DNA from: a virus | DNA length: 64,000 nt | Virus record (IMG/VR): IMGVR_UViG_3300045988_179014 | Span: 96,001-160,000 of that record | Direction: 5' to 3' (one strand) | Shown here: positions 6,401-16,929 of the stretch, piece by piece | Layout of the letters: every line of letters begins with the position of its first letter | How positions within the stretch are numbered: position 1 is the stretch's first letter | Translations under genes and position numbers: made by a program | The notes under the pieces: generated by a model | Told to the model about the DNA's origin: nothing | The model's input: only the letters and a program-made list of their open reading frames with translations | The model's database searches: none

Positions 6401-8464
6401 TCTCAGACAAGGAATCATTCCACAGCAAGTTTGCATCTTCACGAAACTGTTCTCTTCTGAATCGAAACTTGTGCACCCGGCGACCTTGCGCCACATAAGA
6501 ATAATCAGAGCTGAGTTCTTTATCTGTCACAAAACCCAATGATTTATACATGCTACCATTGCTGACATCATGAGCAGAGAAAGTGACGATTTGGTTGATT
6601 CCTTCAATTACGCACCATTTTCTGACGTATTCAAGCATCTTCCCCAATCCGCCCATCACAATACAAGACGTGGCATATCGGTCCAACACCAAACTCTGAT
6701 TCCTGCGACTCCAAACGGAAACCGCCACTAAACCATCCTGTTCAGTTTTCAACCCCAAATACAATGAGCCAGTGGTAGTTCCCTGAATATGATAAACATT
6801 CAAAAAATCAGATACATCAGTATATTGCAAAACTACAACTTTAGTTTTTCTCGCAGCTATCCTTTTGCTCTCATTCAGTCCCAGTTTGTGTTGTATCATA
6901 GATTTGATGATAGAAGAACGATAACACCAATCATCCTCCCAAACCTGCAACAATTGAATGCCTTTTCTTTACACAATCGCCATTTCATCGAATGATAGTT
7001 TTTGTCTTTACCATTGGTGTCAGAATGCCAATGCAAACCATTGTATTCAATAGCAAAATTCTTTGATGGTATATAAACATCCAGTTCATACGGTGGAATA
7101 ACAGCACGAGTATTGCTAACAACAGAATCCTCATCACCCAACAATTGTTTCACAAACTCTTGAAGTTCTTTCTCAGCTCTGGACGTGAATGAACCAGCCA
7201 CACAATCAGGACATTGACTATTGTAAAAATTACGTGCATTGACTCTTGCACACCACACATGGCCTTTACTGCATTTCCACCAGATTTTGTGATTGGAACC
7301 AGCAGTTACTTCCTCAGGGGTCAAGGAATTGAGTTGGTTGTCCCATTCCTGCGCTAAATGAGGATTAATAGTCGCCAAATCATTGAAACCAGGAACAACA
7401 ACACGATTATTACAAACAGGACACAACTGCATTGATGAGTGAACAGCTTTTTTAATAGATTGTGTCCATTGGTGACCAAGTGAACATTTCCAGTGAACTA
7501 TTTCCCGTGAATTGGGATACACAGCATAGGGATTCAATGGCTGATTAAGTTCCATATCCCAAAAACTCATCAATTCAGGACAACAAACACCCAAGCTCTT
7601 CTCTCTTGGTGCTATCGTGGATTTTTGTACAACACAATATGGGCATTTGGTTCTTTTATTGACACGTTGTTTAACAGTAGCCACCCATAAATGCCCCTCA
7701 GAACATTTCCAATGAACACGAATTTGCTGTGACGGTTTAATCATGGATGGATTGATGTCAGTATTGAGAGCATAATCCCATTCATTCAACAGCTCTGGAT
7801 ACAAAGTCGCAAAATCATTCACACCCACCACTAATTTATGATTACTGCATACCGGACATTTAGTATTTCGTTTAGTACGTTGCGAAACCGGTGCCATCCA
7901 TGTGTGTCCATTCTTGCACCACCAGTAAACCTTGACGCTGGAATTAGCAGTCACATCATTAGGCGATAAGGAATGATTCTGTTCATAATCCCACTCAGAT
8001 GCAATCACTGGATGAGTAATGTTCAAAGTATTGACATTTTGTTCTGGAAGCTTACCTTGACATATTGGGCATGAGCCGCTTTTAATCCGGTGTTTCACTC
8101 CCATGACATATTCATGACCTGATGAACAAATCCAATGGAAACGTTTTGAGTTGGTTCTAGCAACTTGTCCAAAAGGGATTCCATTCATGTTCTCATCCCA
8201 TTCTGACAACAAATGAGGGTATCGAACATCCAATCTTTCTGATGGTGGTCCCAATCTTGCGCACAATGGACAACTACTGCCATTGACTCGGTTACGGACA
8301 GAAGCCATCCACTTGTGTTGACAATGATGACAAACCCAACCCACTTTTTCAATCGTCCCAGCTGAATAATCGGATGGAGTGTGCTTGTTGATAGTCGTGT
8401 CCCATTCCATCAACAACTGAGGAGCCACATCCGTGAGTGAACGTTTGGGTTGAGGTTTACGCAT
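6324..8464 (-). pseudogene. frameshifted paralog of the modular endonuclease family (zinc-ribbon repeats + DUF559-like + conserved C-terminal domain)
   Basis: ORFs 6896..8464 and 6324..6953 lie in different frames and overlap. Together they reproduce the full architecture of 21891..23792 (..YELDVYIPS..AIEYNGLHWH.. then ..QLLQVWEDDW..VWDSGKTRW). The frame break is at the A/T run near 6960-6968. Confidence 0.6.
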
Positions 8465-8466
8465 AT

Positions 8467-11439
8467 CTAACTCAAACGATTGGGTGGAGTGGTTTTGGCC
8501 GCAGCTGCACGAAAAATGTTCTCCAAAACATTAGCATCCTCCACTGTGGAACCAGTCATGGAACGCATATTGGCTGTCTTGTTGGTGTATGCATCAATAA
8601 TGTTTTCATCCACAGTACCTTCCAAATAGGGAAAATAGGCATTGGCATTTTGACCGTCTCGATGTGCCCGACCCAATGCTTGCTCAGTATCCAAATTGTT
8701 CTGTCGGATATCATGAATTATGCTGACACGTGGGTTACTGCTTGCTTTGTTTCCATCTGGTAATGTTTCTCCAGCATGTAAAGAAATACCAGCAACCACT
8801 GTACACAAAACAACATCTGCTTGCCCCGTCTGAAACTTGATACGTTCTGTTTCTCTCATGGAAACATTACGTCCACTGATTTCCGTTACTCGGAGTTTAC
8901 GCGCTTCCAAAAGTTCTTTATATCGGTCTATTGTTTCCATGAATTCACATGAAATGTATACTTGGTTCCCTGAATCCACAAGGTCTGCAATCATGTCAGC
9001 CATGGAATCAACTTTTAACAATGAGGATTTTTGTCTATATCGTAAGGTTTCTACCAGTGCGCCTTTGGGGTCTCGTTTTGCTGGGGTGAGTCTCAACCAG
9101 TTACGGAAACGTGTCCAAGCTTCCTCGTAAATGGGCCGTTGTTGATTGGTTAGTGCGATTGGGAAAGGAATGGTCAACTGTTCTGGCCATCCTGCTATGT
9201 CTTTGGGTGAACGCATAATGAAAGGAGCATCTGGTTTCAGTAATCCGCGACCTATACGTTGAGCGTCTTTTCGTTGGATTTCTTTTGCGTGTTTGATAGC
9301 TATTTCATATTTTCTGCGTTCCACGGGGTCTTTGGAATTCTTGCTGAAACTGGGAACAGAAGCCCACGAATATCCTGTTTTACCTTTGGTCACAGCGAAA
9401 TTATGTTTTTCCAAGAACGGTCCCCAAGTTGCTGGTGTTACCGTTTTTGATGCTGGCATATTTGTCAACAATGGAGCAATGATTCCAGCCATACTAGCAA
9501 AATTCAGTGGGGATGCTCCAGGTGTGGCAGTTGAATAGACCACAAAAGGAGAAACGTCTTTCTGGTAGGGTTTTTCCAATTGAGCAATGTTCACCGCAGC
9601 AACAGACATGGTGGAGCTGGGATAGTTTTTCAAATAATGAGCTTCATCAAAAATAATGAAGTCCCATTGTATTATGGGGGTTCCTTTCTGTGATGTTTGT
9701 CTGTTCTTGGTTCGTTGTTTCTTAGCGGTTTTGGCTGTTTCAGGAGTTTCCAGCAGTTTGTTCAATTGTTGATAGTTGATGACCATTGGACGCATGAGTG
9801 CTGTGGAGACAGGGTAATTGTGAAGTGTTTGTCTCCATTGTGGAATAACACTTTTAGGGCACACTATCAACAGTTTGGCTTTGTGTTTGACCCCGAATCC
9901 GCGCTGTTTTGCCAATGCAGTAATCCCTGAAAGTGTTGACAGTGTATTGTGAGTGGGAATATGCTCTCGCCCGGCCAGATACAAATGATTAGGACTGTCA
10001 ACACTAATGCAATAATAGGGCTCAGTTTTCTCAATTTCCTGCACTGAAACAATGTATCTGAACTGGTATTGTGCATTGGCAGCGAAATTGTTCAAATATT
10101 CATTCAGCAATGAGGCTTTGTCTTCAATACGGAAAACTTGATGAGTGGGACAATAGTGCAAAGATTTTTTTGTGGTGTTTTGATTCCGTGTGATGTTTGG
10201 TTTTGTACAATCCATGACTTGCCAGCCAAAACTACTAATCAGTGTTTTCACGTCAGCTTGCAGAGGGTCTGGTAAATCAAATTGGACTCCATAAGAATCC
10301 ACAGAACCAGCCACATCCATGATTCCTTGTAACAGTTCCAGTCGTTGTTCCCAATGTGATGTGAGATAACTTACAGGAATTGTTTTAGATGGTGCAGAAT
10401 CATACAGTTCATTCAATTCTTGATTCAGTTTTTCAAAACCATAATCATTCAATATGTTCATGCTTGCCACAGAATCCATTGAACCCAACCATGCACCCAA
10501 TATGTATGGATTGATTGGTAGTTCCTGGTGTGTACCTTCCACCATGGATGCGTTGTAAATACAGTGATTGGGTGTTCCAGTTGTAGCGTAGAGAGAATCC
10601 ACAATTTCTCTAGTGGTTTTGACAGAATCTTGATGCTGCTTGTCATGTGGTGCAGTTGCTCGGTCCAATGCTTCTAGAACTTCTTGTGGATGGTATAGAT
10701 GATGTTGGTTTTGCAGATTCAGAGGATTCACTGTTTCCAGCAGTTTTTGAATAAACACTAGGTTTTCACATTCGCTGGAAAGGGAATTGTAGTCTATTGC
10801 ATTGTGTTGATGTTGTGCATCCAACAAGTAGTTTTGTAATGCTTCGTGGTCTGAATGATTCAGTGGTGGGAATCGGTTGTTTATTTTAGGGTGATTTCGT
10901 TCAGCCAAATTACTGGTTAGCCAACGATGGTCTTCGTCAGCATCCAATGTGCTTCCATCCGAGAAAGTTATACAGTAGAATTTGTCGGCTTTTGATTCAT
11001 ATTTGGCTGTTACCATAGTGGGTAGACCATCAGAACTCAGCACGTATTGCCCCACTGCGATGTCTTTCATGGGAACTAAACCTTGTGGAGTTGGTAGTAG
11101 AGTGCTGGATGCAAGACCTTTACCCAAACCGGTTTTGTCCGCTTCCAGGAATCCTCTCCACCCTTGCTGGTAGGCTTTGATGATTTTCTTGGCCGCTTCC
11201 AGTTGATGTTCTCGTGGGGTGAAACTGACTGAACTTTTCTCAGGGGGCATTACCATTTTGTTCAGTTCATCTTCCTGCCAGCGAGCATAGGAAAAATCCT
11301 CACTACGGTATGGTCTCAACTCGGGGGGAAGAATAGTTCCACGGTATACATGAATTTTGTGGTTTTTCCAGTATTGTACATCTGGGTGTTTGAATCCCCA
11401 TGGAAGTTCCAATGTATGAATCATGTACCACTCACGCAA
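8467..11439 (-). CDS. SNF2/DEAD-like helicase interrupted by an intein
   Basis: N-terminal helicase P-loop ..EADKTGLGKG.. and C-terminal helicase motif VI (QALGRAHRDGQ). An intervening ~390 aa carries intein and LAGLIDADG motifs. Confidence 0.8.
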   Translation of the reverse strand: MREWYMIHTLELPWGFKHPDVQYWKNHKIHVYRGTILPPELRPYRSEDFSYARWQEDELNKMVMPPEKSSVSFTPREHQLEAAKKIIKAYQQGWRGFLEADKTGLGKGLASSTLLPTPQGLVPMKDIAVGQYVLSSDGLPTMVTAKYESKADKFYCITFSDGSTLDADEDHRWLTSNLAERNHPKINNRFPPLNHSDHEALQNYLLDAQHQHNAIDYNSLSSECENLVFIQKLLETVNPLNLQNQHHLYHPQEVLEALDRATAPHDKQHQDSVKTTREIVDSLYATTGTPNHCIYNASMVEGTHQELPINPYILGAWLGSMDSVASMNILNDYGFEKLNQELNELYDSAPSKTIPVSYLTSHWEQRLELLQGIMDVAGSVDSYGVQFDLPDPLQADVKTLISSFGWQVMDCTKPNITRNQNTTKKSLHYCPTHQVFRIEDKASLLNEYLNNFAANAQYQFRYIVSVQEIEKTEPYYCISVDSPNHLYLAGREHIPTHNTLSTLSGITALAKQRGFGVKHKAKLLIVCPKSVIPQWRQTLHNYPVSTALMRPMVINYQQLNKLLETPETAKTAKKQRTKNRQTSQKGTPIIQWDFIIFDEAHYLKNYPSSTMSVAAVNIAQLEKPYQKDVSPFVVYSTATPGASPLNFASMAGIIAPLLTNMPASKTVTPATWGPFLEKHNFAVTKGKTGYSWASVPSFSKNSKDPVERRKYEIAIKHAKEIQRKDAQRIGRGLLKPDAPFIMRSPKDIAGWPEQLTIPFPIALTNQQRPIYEEAWTRFRNWLRLTPAKRDPKGALVETLRYRQKSSLLKVDSMADMIADLVDSGNQVYISCEFMETIDRYKELLEARKLRVTEISGRNVSMRETERIKFQTGQADVVLCTVVAGISLHAGETLPDGNKASSNPRVSIIHDIRQNNLDTEQALGRAHRDGQNANAYFPYLEGTVDENIIDAYTNKTANMRSMTGSTVEDANVLENIFRAAAAKTTPPNRLS
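9946..11110 (-). mobile_element. intein with a LAGLIDADG homing endonuclease domain inside the SNF2 helicase (boundaries approximate)
   Basis: C-terminal intein block ..NHLYLAGREHIPTHN followed by Thr; LAGLIDADG-like motifs PYILGAWLGSMDS and LLQGIMDVAGSVDS; inserted next to the helicase GLGK P-loop. Confidence 0.6.
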
Positions 11440-11583
11440 TCACAGGAGTAACATTTATTGGACTAGGCGCAGGTAATGGTTCAGGCGTTATCATATTCGG
11501 TTTCGACGTATTCATCCACGTGTAAATACCAAACAAGACCAGAACAATCAGAACAGCAATCAAAACCAATAGTCCCCGTTTGT

Positions 11584-11922
11584 TCATGATGCCTCCAGTA
11601 CAGTAATTGTCTCGTTTGGAAAAAACCAGCGTGTATGATTTAGTTTCTCATCTGACAGTGAATACAGCAAATTGTCAATGATGCAAATAGCTTCTTGCTG
11701 CTTGTTCAGATTCACGATGTTATTACGATGCAGATGTAGAGAAAATTGGTTGAGTGTCCGATTAAGTTGCTTCAGTTTACCAGCTTTAATCGCTTCACGT
11801 ATTCTGTCCAATAGAGCTTGACGCATTTCTCCACCTGACAACCCCATTTCTACTGCTTCGCCAAGGTTGTGAGACTGAGGGGGAGCGCTAAGAAGGTCGA
11901 ATTCCATGACTTCTCTCCTCAA
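11584..11922 (-). CDS. hypothetical protein
   Basis: 112-aa ORF in the gene-dense minus-strand run. Confidence 0.4.
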   Translation of the reverse strand: MRREVMEFDLLSAPPQSHNLGEAVEMGLSGGEMRQALLDRIREAIKAGKLKQLNRTLNQFSLHLHRNNIVNLNKQQEAICIIDNLLYSLSDEKLNHTRWFFPNETITVLEAS

Positions 11923-12190
11923 AAACGGTCCATACTACCTTAAAAATATCTGCACCCATTTTACCGAAAGAGGAAAATCTCAATTTTACCCACCAAAATA
12001 ATGCTCAATCCACCAAAAATCAGAAACGAACCAATATGTATTATTTATAGTGTTAATAACATGAGATTGAAGAACCATAATAGGAACTAAATTGATAAAA
12101 ACTATTGAATCATGTAGTCAGTAGTTCTAGCATTCAATACTTATCTCGTATTGTTGGTATTTTGGTTGTGTAAATTAGTCGGGTTTCATA

Positions 12191-13102
12191 TCAATTATTG
12201 AGAATGTAATCCTGGAATGCTGGGCTATCATTGAGGTTCACTTTATCAGGATTGACGCTAGTATTGTTCAAGTATGCAATAGGTGGATAATACCCAGTTT
12301 TGAGGTGTGTATCATCCCCAACGGCCAAAATCCAACTGGCAAATGTTCCATTGCTGATAGATTTCTCATCCACATCCTGTACGTTTACACTCTGTGCTGT
12401 TTCAACCACTGCTTTAATAACTTCATCGGATTTTGTAGTGTTCAAAGTAGCAGATTTCTTCAACAATGCCAACATCAAATCCCAAGTGGTGTTTGGGGAT
12501 GTAACAACTGATTCTGCCAAAGTTTCAGCAGCATACATTGACATGGCATTACCAGTTGGCACAGGATGTACTCGTAGTTCAATCACCCCATTCTCCACCA
12601 TGCGCTTGAAAGATGTTTGATTCAACAAAACAAAGTCTCGTGATTTGGGTGAATCAAAATCAATGTAAATGTCCAAAATCTTCTTGTTATCAGTTTGTTT
12701 GTCATTGGTGAAAATGAAAACAGCAGAATCTTTGCCATCATTCCCGCGAACAAGAGATTTTTGCTCTGTGTTGGTTGATTCAATGATTTGCCCATGGAAT
12801 GTTTCCAACTTATTATTGGCAACAACCATGTTTCCTTTCCGGTCAGCAACTTGGGACAATTCGTCTGAGTTTTTCATTTGCTGAATCCAAGGAATAGTGA
12901 ATTTAGCCACTCCAATACCCAACAATGGCATGACAACAATCAAAACCGCTAAAACAATGATTACAGTTTTGGGAGTAAAAAACGGTTTGGAAACAGGCGA
13001 GTTTGAATCAGTCGTAATTTCTGTGACGTCAGGTGTATCAATCGTTGACTGGGCGGAATCAACTTTTTCATCAGTTGGTTCAATCAAATCATTCTGATTC
13101 AA
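12191..13102 (-). CDS. membrane-anchored exported protein; possible degenerate DsbA-like fold
   Basis: N-terminal TM segment VIIVLAVLIVVMPLLGIGV. The segment LDIYIDFDSPKSRDF resembles a DsbA h-D-F-x-C-P-x-C block with both Cys replaced by Ser. Speculative. Confidence 0.45.
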   Translation of the reverse strand: MNQNDLIEPTDEKVDSAQSTIDTPDVTEITTDSNSPVSKPFFTPKTVIIVLAVLIVVMPLLGIGVAKFTIPWIQQMKNSDELSQVADRKGNMVVANNKLETFHGQIIESTNTEQKSLVRGNDGKDSAVFIFTNDKQTDNKKILDIYIDFDSPKSRDFVLLNQTSFKRMVENGVIELRVHPVPTGNAMSMYAAETLAESVVTSPNTTWDLMLALLKKSATLNTTKSDEVIKAVVETAQSVNVQDVDEKSISNGTFASWILAVGDDTHLKTGYYPPIAYLNNTSVNPDKVNLNDSPAFQDYILNN

Positions 13103-14339
13103 GGGTTTCCTCCTGTCCCAGTTTCACAAAATTACGGGCTTGTTCAACCACTTGCTCCTTGGTCGTCGTTTCTACGCCCTGCAATGACGGAGCGGTATTC
13201 ACCCATTCATCGTAGCCTTTCACCACATCACTGTTGTCAAACCCTTGAAGATGTTCAGGTAATTCCCTGTTTTGCTGTTTTGAGGATAAAGGTTGCAATG
13301 TGGCATGTTTCACACTCCAAGACATTGCATGTTTCGTATTTTTGTCAATAGTTCCCCAATCCAGAGCTTGATACTTTGCTGGAGAAATATTGATGATGGT
13401 TTGACGCAGAATTGGGGCTATACGAGCATCAAATGAGGTACCATTCACTTGTGTTTCTTGCAAATTGTTAAGAATTCGCTCAGTAATGTCTGATGCATTC
13501 AAATTTTTGGCATCAATAGTAGCAAAATCATATTGTGGACGTTGTGCTATAGTACGAACATCAGCTGTGAAAACCCCTGATTCATCTATCATCCACAATG
13601 TCCATCCACGACCTAGTTTTGCTTTCTTGTCACTGAAACCGCGTCGAATGGTAGAACCATTATAATAGATTTTGCTTTTTGCTGTATCTGTCATCCCATC
13701 AGTTGAACCCACCCAGCCTCTTTCGTGAATATGACCAAACAGGGAATAGCTCCAATTGTGGTCATCCAAAAGTGTGGGGGGTATCACAATTTCTCGGGGA
13801 GATTGCTCTGCATGCAGGGTTTCATGAAGATACTTGTCAAATATGCTACCATGTGTGGACAAAATGTTGATTTCCCCATCAACCGGTTTCACCAGCTTCA
13901 TGGTATCGGCTTGTTCCCCATACATGTGATGAGAGACCATGTGTAAATGAATGCCATCAGCGATTTCATGGGTTACATAAGGTTCAGCATGTGAAAACAC
14001 CTTACGCCACGGGTCATGCAGCACTCTGGATGCGGCAATATCAGCTCGGATGTCATTGGTGTCATGATTCCCCGCTAACAAATAAGCTGGAATCCCTGCA
14101 CTCCATAAACGCCTCAACTGGTTTTGAACGAATATGATGGTTCGGATATCTGGGGAAGGTTGATGAAAAGTGTCTCCAGCCCAAACAGTGGCATCAACAC
14201 CTTCTTCAATGATTTCAGTGATGATACGCGACAAAGCAAGGTATCCATCAGCTTCACGCAAATTGATTCCTTGTGTATTCACTAAACTGGTAGCTTTGTA
14301 TCCAGCATGGGGGTCACTGATATGCGCCAATTTGAACAT
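13089..14339 (-). CDS. Mre11/SbcD-family metallophosphoesterase nuclease
   Basis: Motifs ISDPH, GDTFH, LLAGNHD, HMVSHH, GHIHERG. No adjacent SbcC/Rad50-like gene is seen. Confidence 0.7.
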   Translation of the reverse strand: MFKLAHISDPHAGYKATSLVNTQGINLREADGYLALSRIITEIIEEGVDATVWAGDTFHQPSPDIRTIIFVQNQLRRLWSAGIPAYLLAGNHDTNDIRADIAASRVLHDPWRKVFSHAEPYVTHEIADGIHLHMVSHHMYGEQADTMKLVKPVDGEINILSTHGSIFDKYLHETLHAEQSPREIVIPPTLLDDHNWSYSLFGHIHERGWVGSTDGMTDTAKSKIYYNGSTIRRGFSDKKAKLGRGWTLWMIDESGVFTADVRTIAQRPQYDFATIDAKNLNASDITERILNNLQETQVNGTSFDARIAPILRQTIINISPAKYQALDWGTIDKNTKHAMSWSVKHATLQPLSSKQQNRELPEHLQGFDNSDVVKGYDEWVNTAPSLQGVETTTKEQVVEQARNFVKLGQEETLESE

Positions 14340-14416
14340 GCTGTCTCCATGAATTCGCCAATTAATACCAAGTCATTCTATCAACTAAGATTAATCGGTG
14401 AATTCAGTAATAGACA

Positions 14417-14980
14417 TCAACAAATACGGTGACGACGAGCATATTCACTCATGATAACAGCTGCACTTTGAGCCACATTCAATGACCGTACCACCCCATA
14501 CTGTGGAATATAAATCATGGCATCACACTGTTCAACAACTTCTTTACTGAGCCCTTTCTGTTCCTCCCCATAAATGAAAGCAGACTTTTCAGGAATGTCC
14601 ACATCATAAACAGGTTGCGGGGAGAATCCTTCACTATTGTCAACGGCAAAAAATGTGTAGCCTTTAGGAATGAGCAAATTGAAGACATCATCCAACTCGT
14701 CAGCATGTAGCACATTTTCATAATGATGCATGCCAACAGTGCCGCGACGGTCGAAACGCCGTTTGCCCACCATGAACACACTATTACCAAGAAATGCATT
14801 GGAAGCACGCACAACGGACGCTTTGTTGAAGTCGTGTGTCAGGTTCATACAAATACTGACCATTGCAGAACGGCCAGTCTCCACAGCGTTTCGAATCTGT
14901 GGAGTAGTCATGTTGAAAAATTCGTCTTGGACATTCTTAGGTCCGACATGATGGCTGTTAAAATCATAATTGCTAATCAT
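14417..14980 (-). CDS. SpoU/TrmH-family RNA 2'-O-methyltransferase
   Basis: SpoU motifs IYGEEQKGLS and IYIPQYGVVRSLNVAQSAAVIM. Start chosen at the internal ATG at 14978-14980; the ORF track extends to 15097. Confidence 0.65.
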   Translation of the reverse strand: MISNYDFNSHHVGPKNVQDEFFNMTTPQIRNAVETGRSAMVSICMNLTHDFNKASVVRASNAFLGNSVFMVGKRRFDRRGTVGMHHYENVLHADELDDVFNLLIPKGYTFFAVDNSEGFSPQPVYDVDIPEKSAFIYGEEQKGLSKEVVEQCDAMIYIPQYGVVRSLNVAQSAAVIMSEYARRHRIC

Positions 14981-15071
14981 AATGCAACAATATGACACAA
15001 TATGGTTGAAAAAGCAAATCCTGACTATCGTGATGGAGCGATATTTTGACAAGCCCAACCAAGGAATATTG

Positions 15072-15521
15072 ATGAACGAAAAACCCATATTAGACAACGA
15101 CTATGCTGATGATTTGGTCACTGTACGCGAAATGTTGATTAGCGAAGTGGAACAAATCCATAAAGCACTATCCAATGAGGTAACTCCAACACTTGGTGGT
15201 GTGAGTGTTGTGGGAATAATGATGGCTGGAGTACTTCTAGGTAGTGGATTGCTCATTCTAGAGATTTTGGCTGTATTGTTGTTTGTTGCAATAATTGTGA
15301 TGTTTATTGTTGGTCGTTACTATCTTTTTGCTAGGTCATGTTCCAGTGTTTTGAATCATTTGCAACAAGGCGACCCATTGTTGTCTCCTTCCAATGTTAG
15401 GCTTCCGTTTCGTCGTACACCCATTCCCACACCTGAGAACGTTTACAATGCCGCTTGGAACGGTCTGGATGGAGAATGGCAGGAATTACGTCCATTATTA
15501 GAATCTGAACTGAACCATTGA
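15072..15521 (+). CDS. small two-TM membrane protein, one of few plus-strand genes
   Basis: ORF 14970..15521 trimmed to the Met (MNEKPILDN) preceded by an AAGGAA RBS. Two hydrophobic helices. Confidence 0.4.
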   Translation: MNEKPILDNDYADDLVTVREMLISEVEQIHKALSNEVTPTLGGVSVVGIMMAGVLLGSGLLILEILAVLLFVAIIVMFIVGRYYLFARSCSSVLNHLQQGDPLLSPSNVRLPFRRTPIPTPENVYNAAWNGLDGEWQELRPLLESELNH

Positions 15522-15591
15522 TGTATGTAAAAACATATGGAAAAGCCCCTTGTGTCATATTCATCACAAGGGGCTTTCATTGTTGATGGAA

Positions 15592-16707
15592 TCAGAGACG
15601 TCCGATTTTGAAGCCTGATTTTAGGAACCAGTTGAGGTCAGTGATAACTACACCACGTCTTGGATTAGCAGCATGAACCACTTTGCCATTGCCAACATAA
15701 ATTCCGATGTGCACACTGGTCCATAAAATGTCCCCAGGTTGAATCTCGTCTTTACTGACAGGAGTGGATGCCAAACCTTGAGCATGGGCGATACGTGGAA
15801 TGTTTTTACCATTGTGTGTATGATAAGCCCAATACACCAGTCCAGAACAGTCAAATGCATTAGGGCCAGAAGCACCCCAAACATATGGTTTCCCAACTTG
15901 GTCAATAATCATTTGAATAGTGGCATTGTCCACATTTGATGCTTTCAATGAACGCTTCTCATCATCTGTATTACGACCCCACTTATCACCTGAAGATGAA
16001 TTAGTGTTTGATGAATGAGCAGCAGTACGACCAGGGGTGTTGGCCACTTCATTAACAGTAGGCTCATTTGATGTCACAGCAGGTTCGGTTGTTGTGGTCT
16101 CTTTTGGACGCTCTTTGGTGCCAACCAGTACAACCTTGGGTATTGGCGCAGTTAAAACAGTCAACTTTTCTTCACTGGCGGTTTCAGTTCCCGCTTTAGC
16201 ACGACTTTGCGTTGAAATCACTGTTTTAAGGGCTTCACCTGCTGCTCCCTCATTTTCTACTTTGGTTTCACCCACATACAAATCATCACTGTTTTGGGTA
16301 ATTTCTGGTGCAGGTAATGTCACAGTAGATGATGTTCCAGCTATCTCATGTTTGTAGAGCACTAGATTTTCGTTGTTTTCAAGTGTTCGAGATGCAACGA
16401 GAGGATGGTCGCCTTCAATACGGTACTCATAGCTTTTGAGTCCTCGTGCTGACAATAATTCATCAATGGTGGCTTTGGCGTCAGTTACATCAATCACTTG
16501 TGTGTTTTCGTCAGAATTGACAACAATACGTGCTTTGAATGAGGAATCAGTACTCCCGGTCCCTTCAGCATTCAAAACAGCAGTATTGTCAATTGGGGAT
16601 GGAGGTACAGCCATAGCCACGGTAGGACTCAACGAAATCATGGCTGTAATAAGTCCTGTTGTTAGTTTTGTTGTTGTTCTTTTTTTCATCATAAGCTTTC
16701 GATTCAC
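15592..16707 (-). CDS. secreted peptidoglycan hydrolase: signal peptide + G5 domain + NlpC/P60 endopeptidase
   Basis: N-terminal signal peptide; G5-like middle region; C-terminal NlpC/P60 with catalytic CSGLVYWAY ... H ... H. Confidence 0.75.
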   Translation of the reverse strand: MNRKLMMKKRTTTKLTTGLITAMISLSPTVAMAVPPSPIDNTAVLNAEGTGSTDSSFKARIVVNSDENTQVIDVTDAKATIDELLSARGLKSYEYRIEGDHPLVASRTLENNENLVLYKHEIAGTSSTVTLPAPEITQNSDDLYVGETKVENEGAAGEALKTVISTQSRAKAGTETASEEKLTVLTAPIPKVVLVGTKERPKETTTTEPAVTSNEPTVNEVANTPGRTAAHSSNTNSSSGDKWGRNTDDEKRSLKASNVDNATIQMIIDQVGKPYVWGASGPNAFDCSGLVYWAYHTHNGKNIPRIAHAQGLASTPVSKDEIQPGDILWTSVHIGIYVGNGKVVHAANPRRGVVITDLNWFLKSGFKIGRL

Positions 16708-16929
16708 CAGTACATACCGGTTTTGTGTTATTTGATTTTCGGATTAACAGAAACTCATTAAAAGAGATAGGATAAATGCAAAAACCTACAATAATGAGCA
16801 CGAACGTTTGATAATATCAATACCCCAGCGGTTTGGTAATTATAATATTTCAGCAATATTGAGCATTTTGTTTAATGGGCAAAAGAATGGCCGCAGACAT
16901 TTAGGAATCTGCGGCCATTCTACAATGTA

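Noticed and set aside
8437-11173. Many 60-120 aa plus-strand ORFs inside the large minus-strand genes (helicase, PBP, RecG, ClpB-like, RNR)
   Set aside because: They are antisense to well-supported long genes with recognisable motifs and have no independent support.
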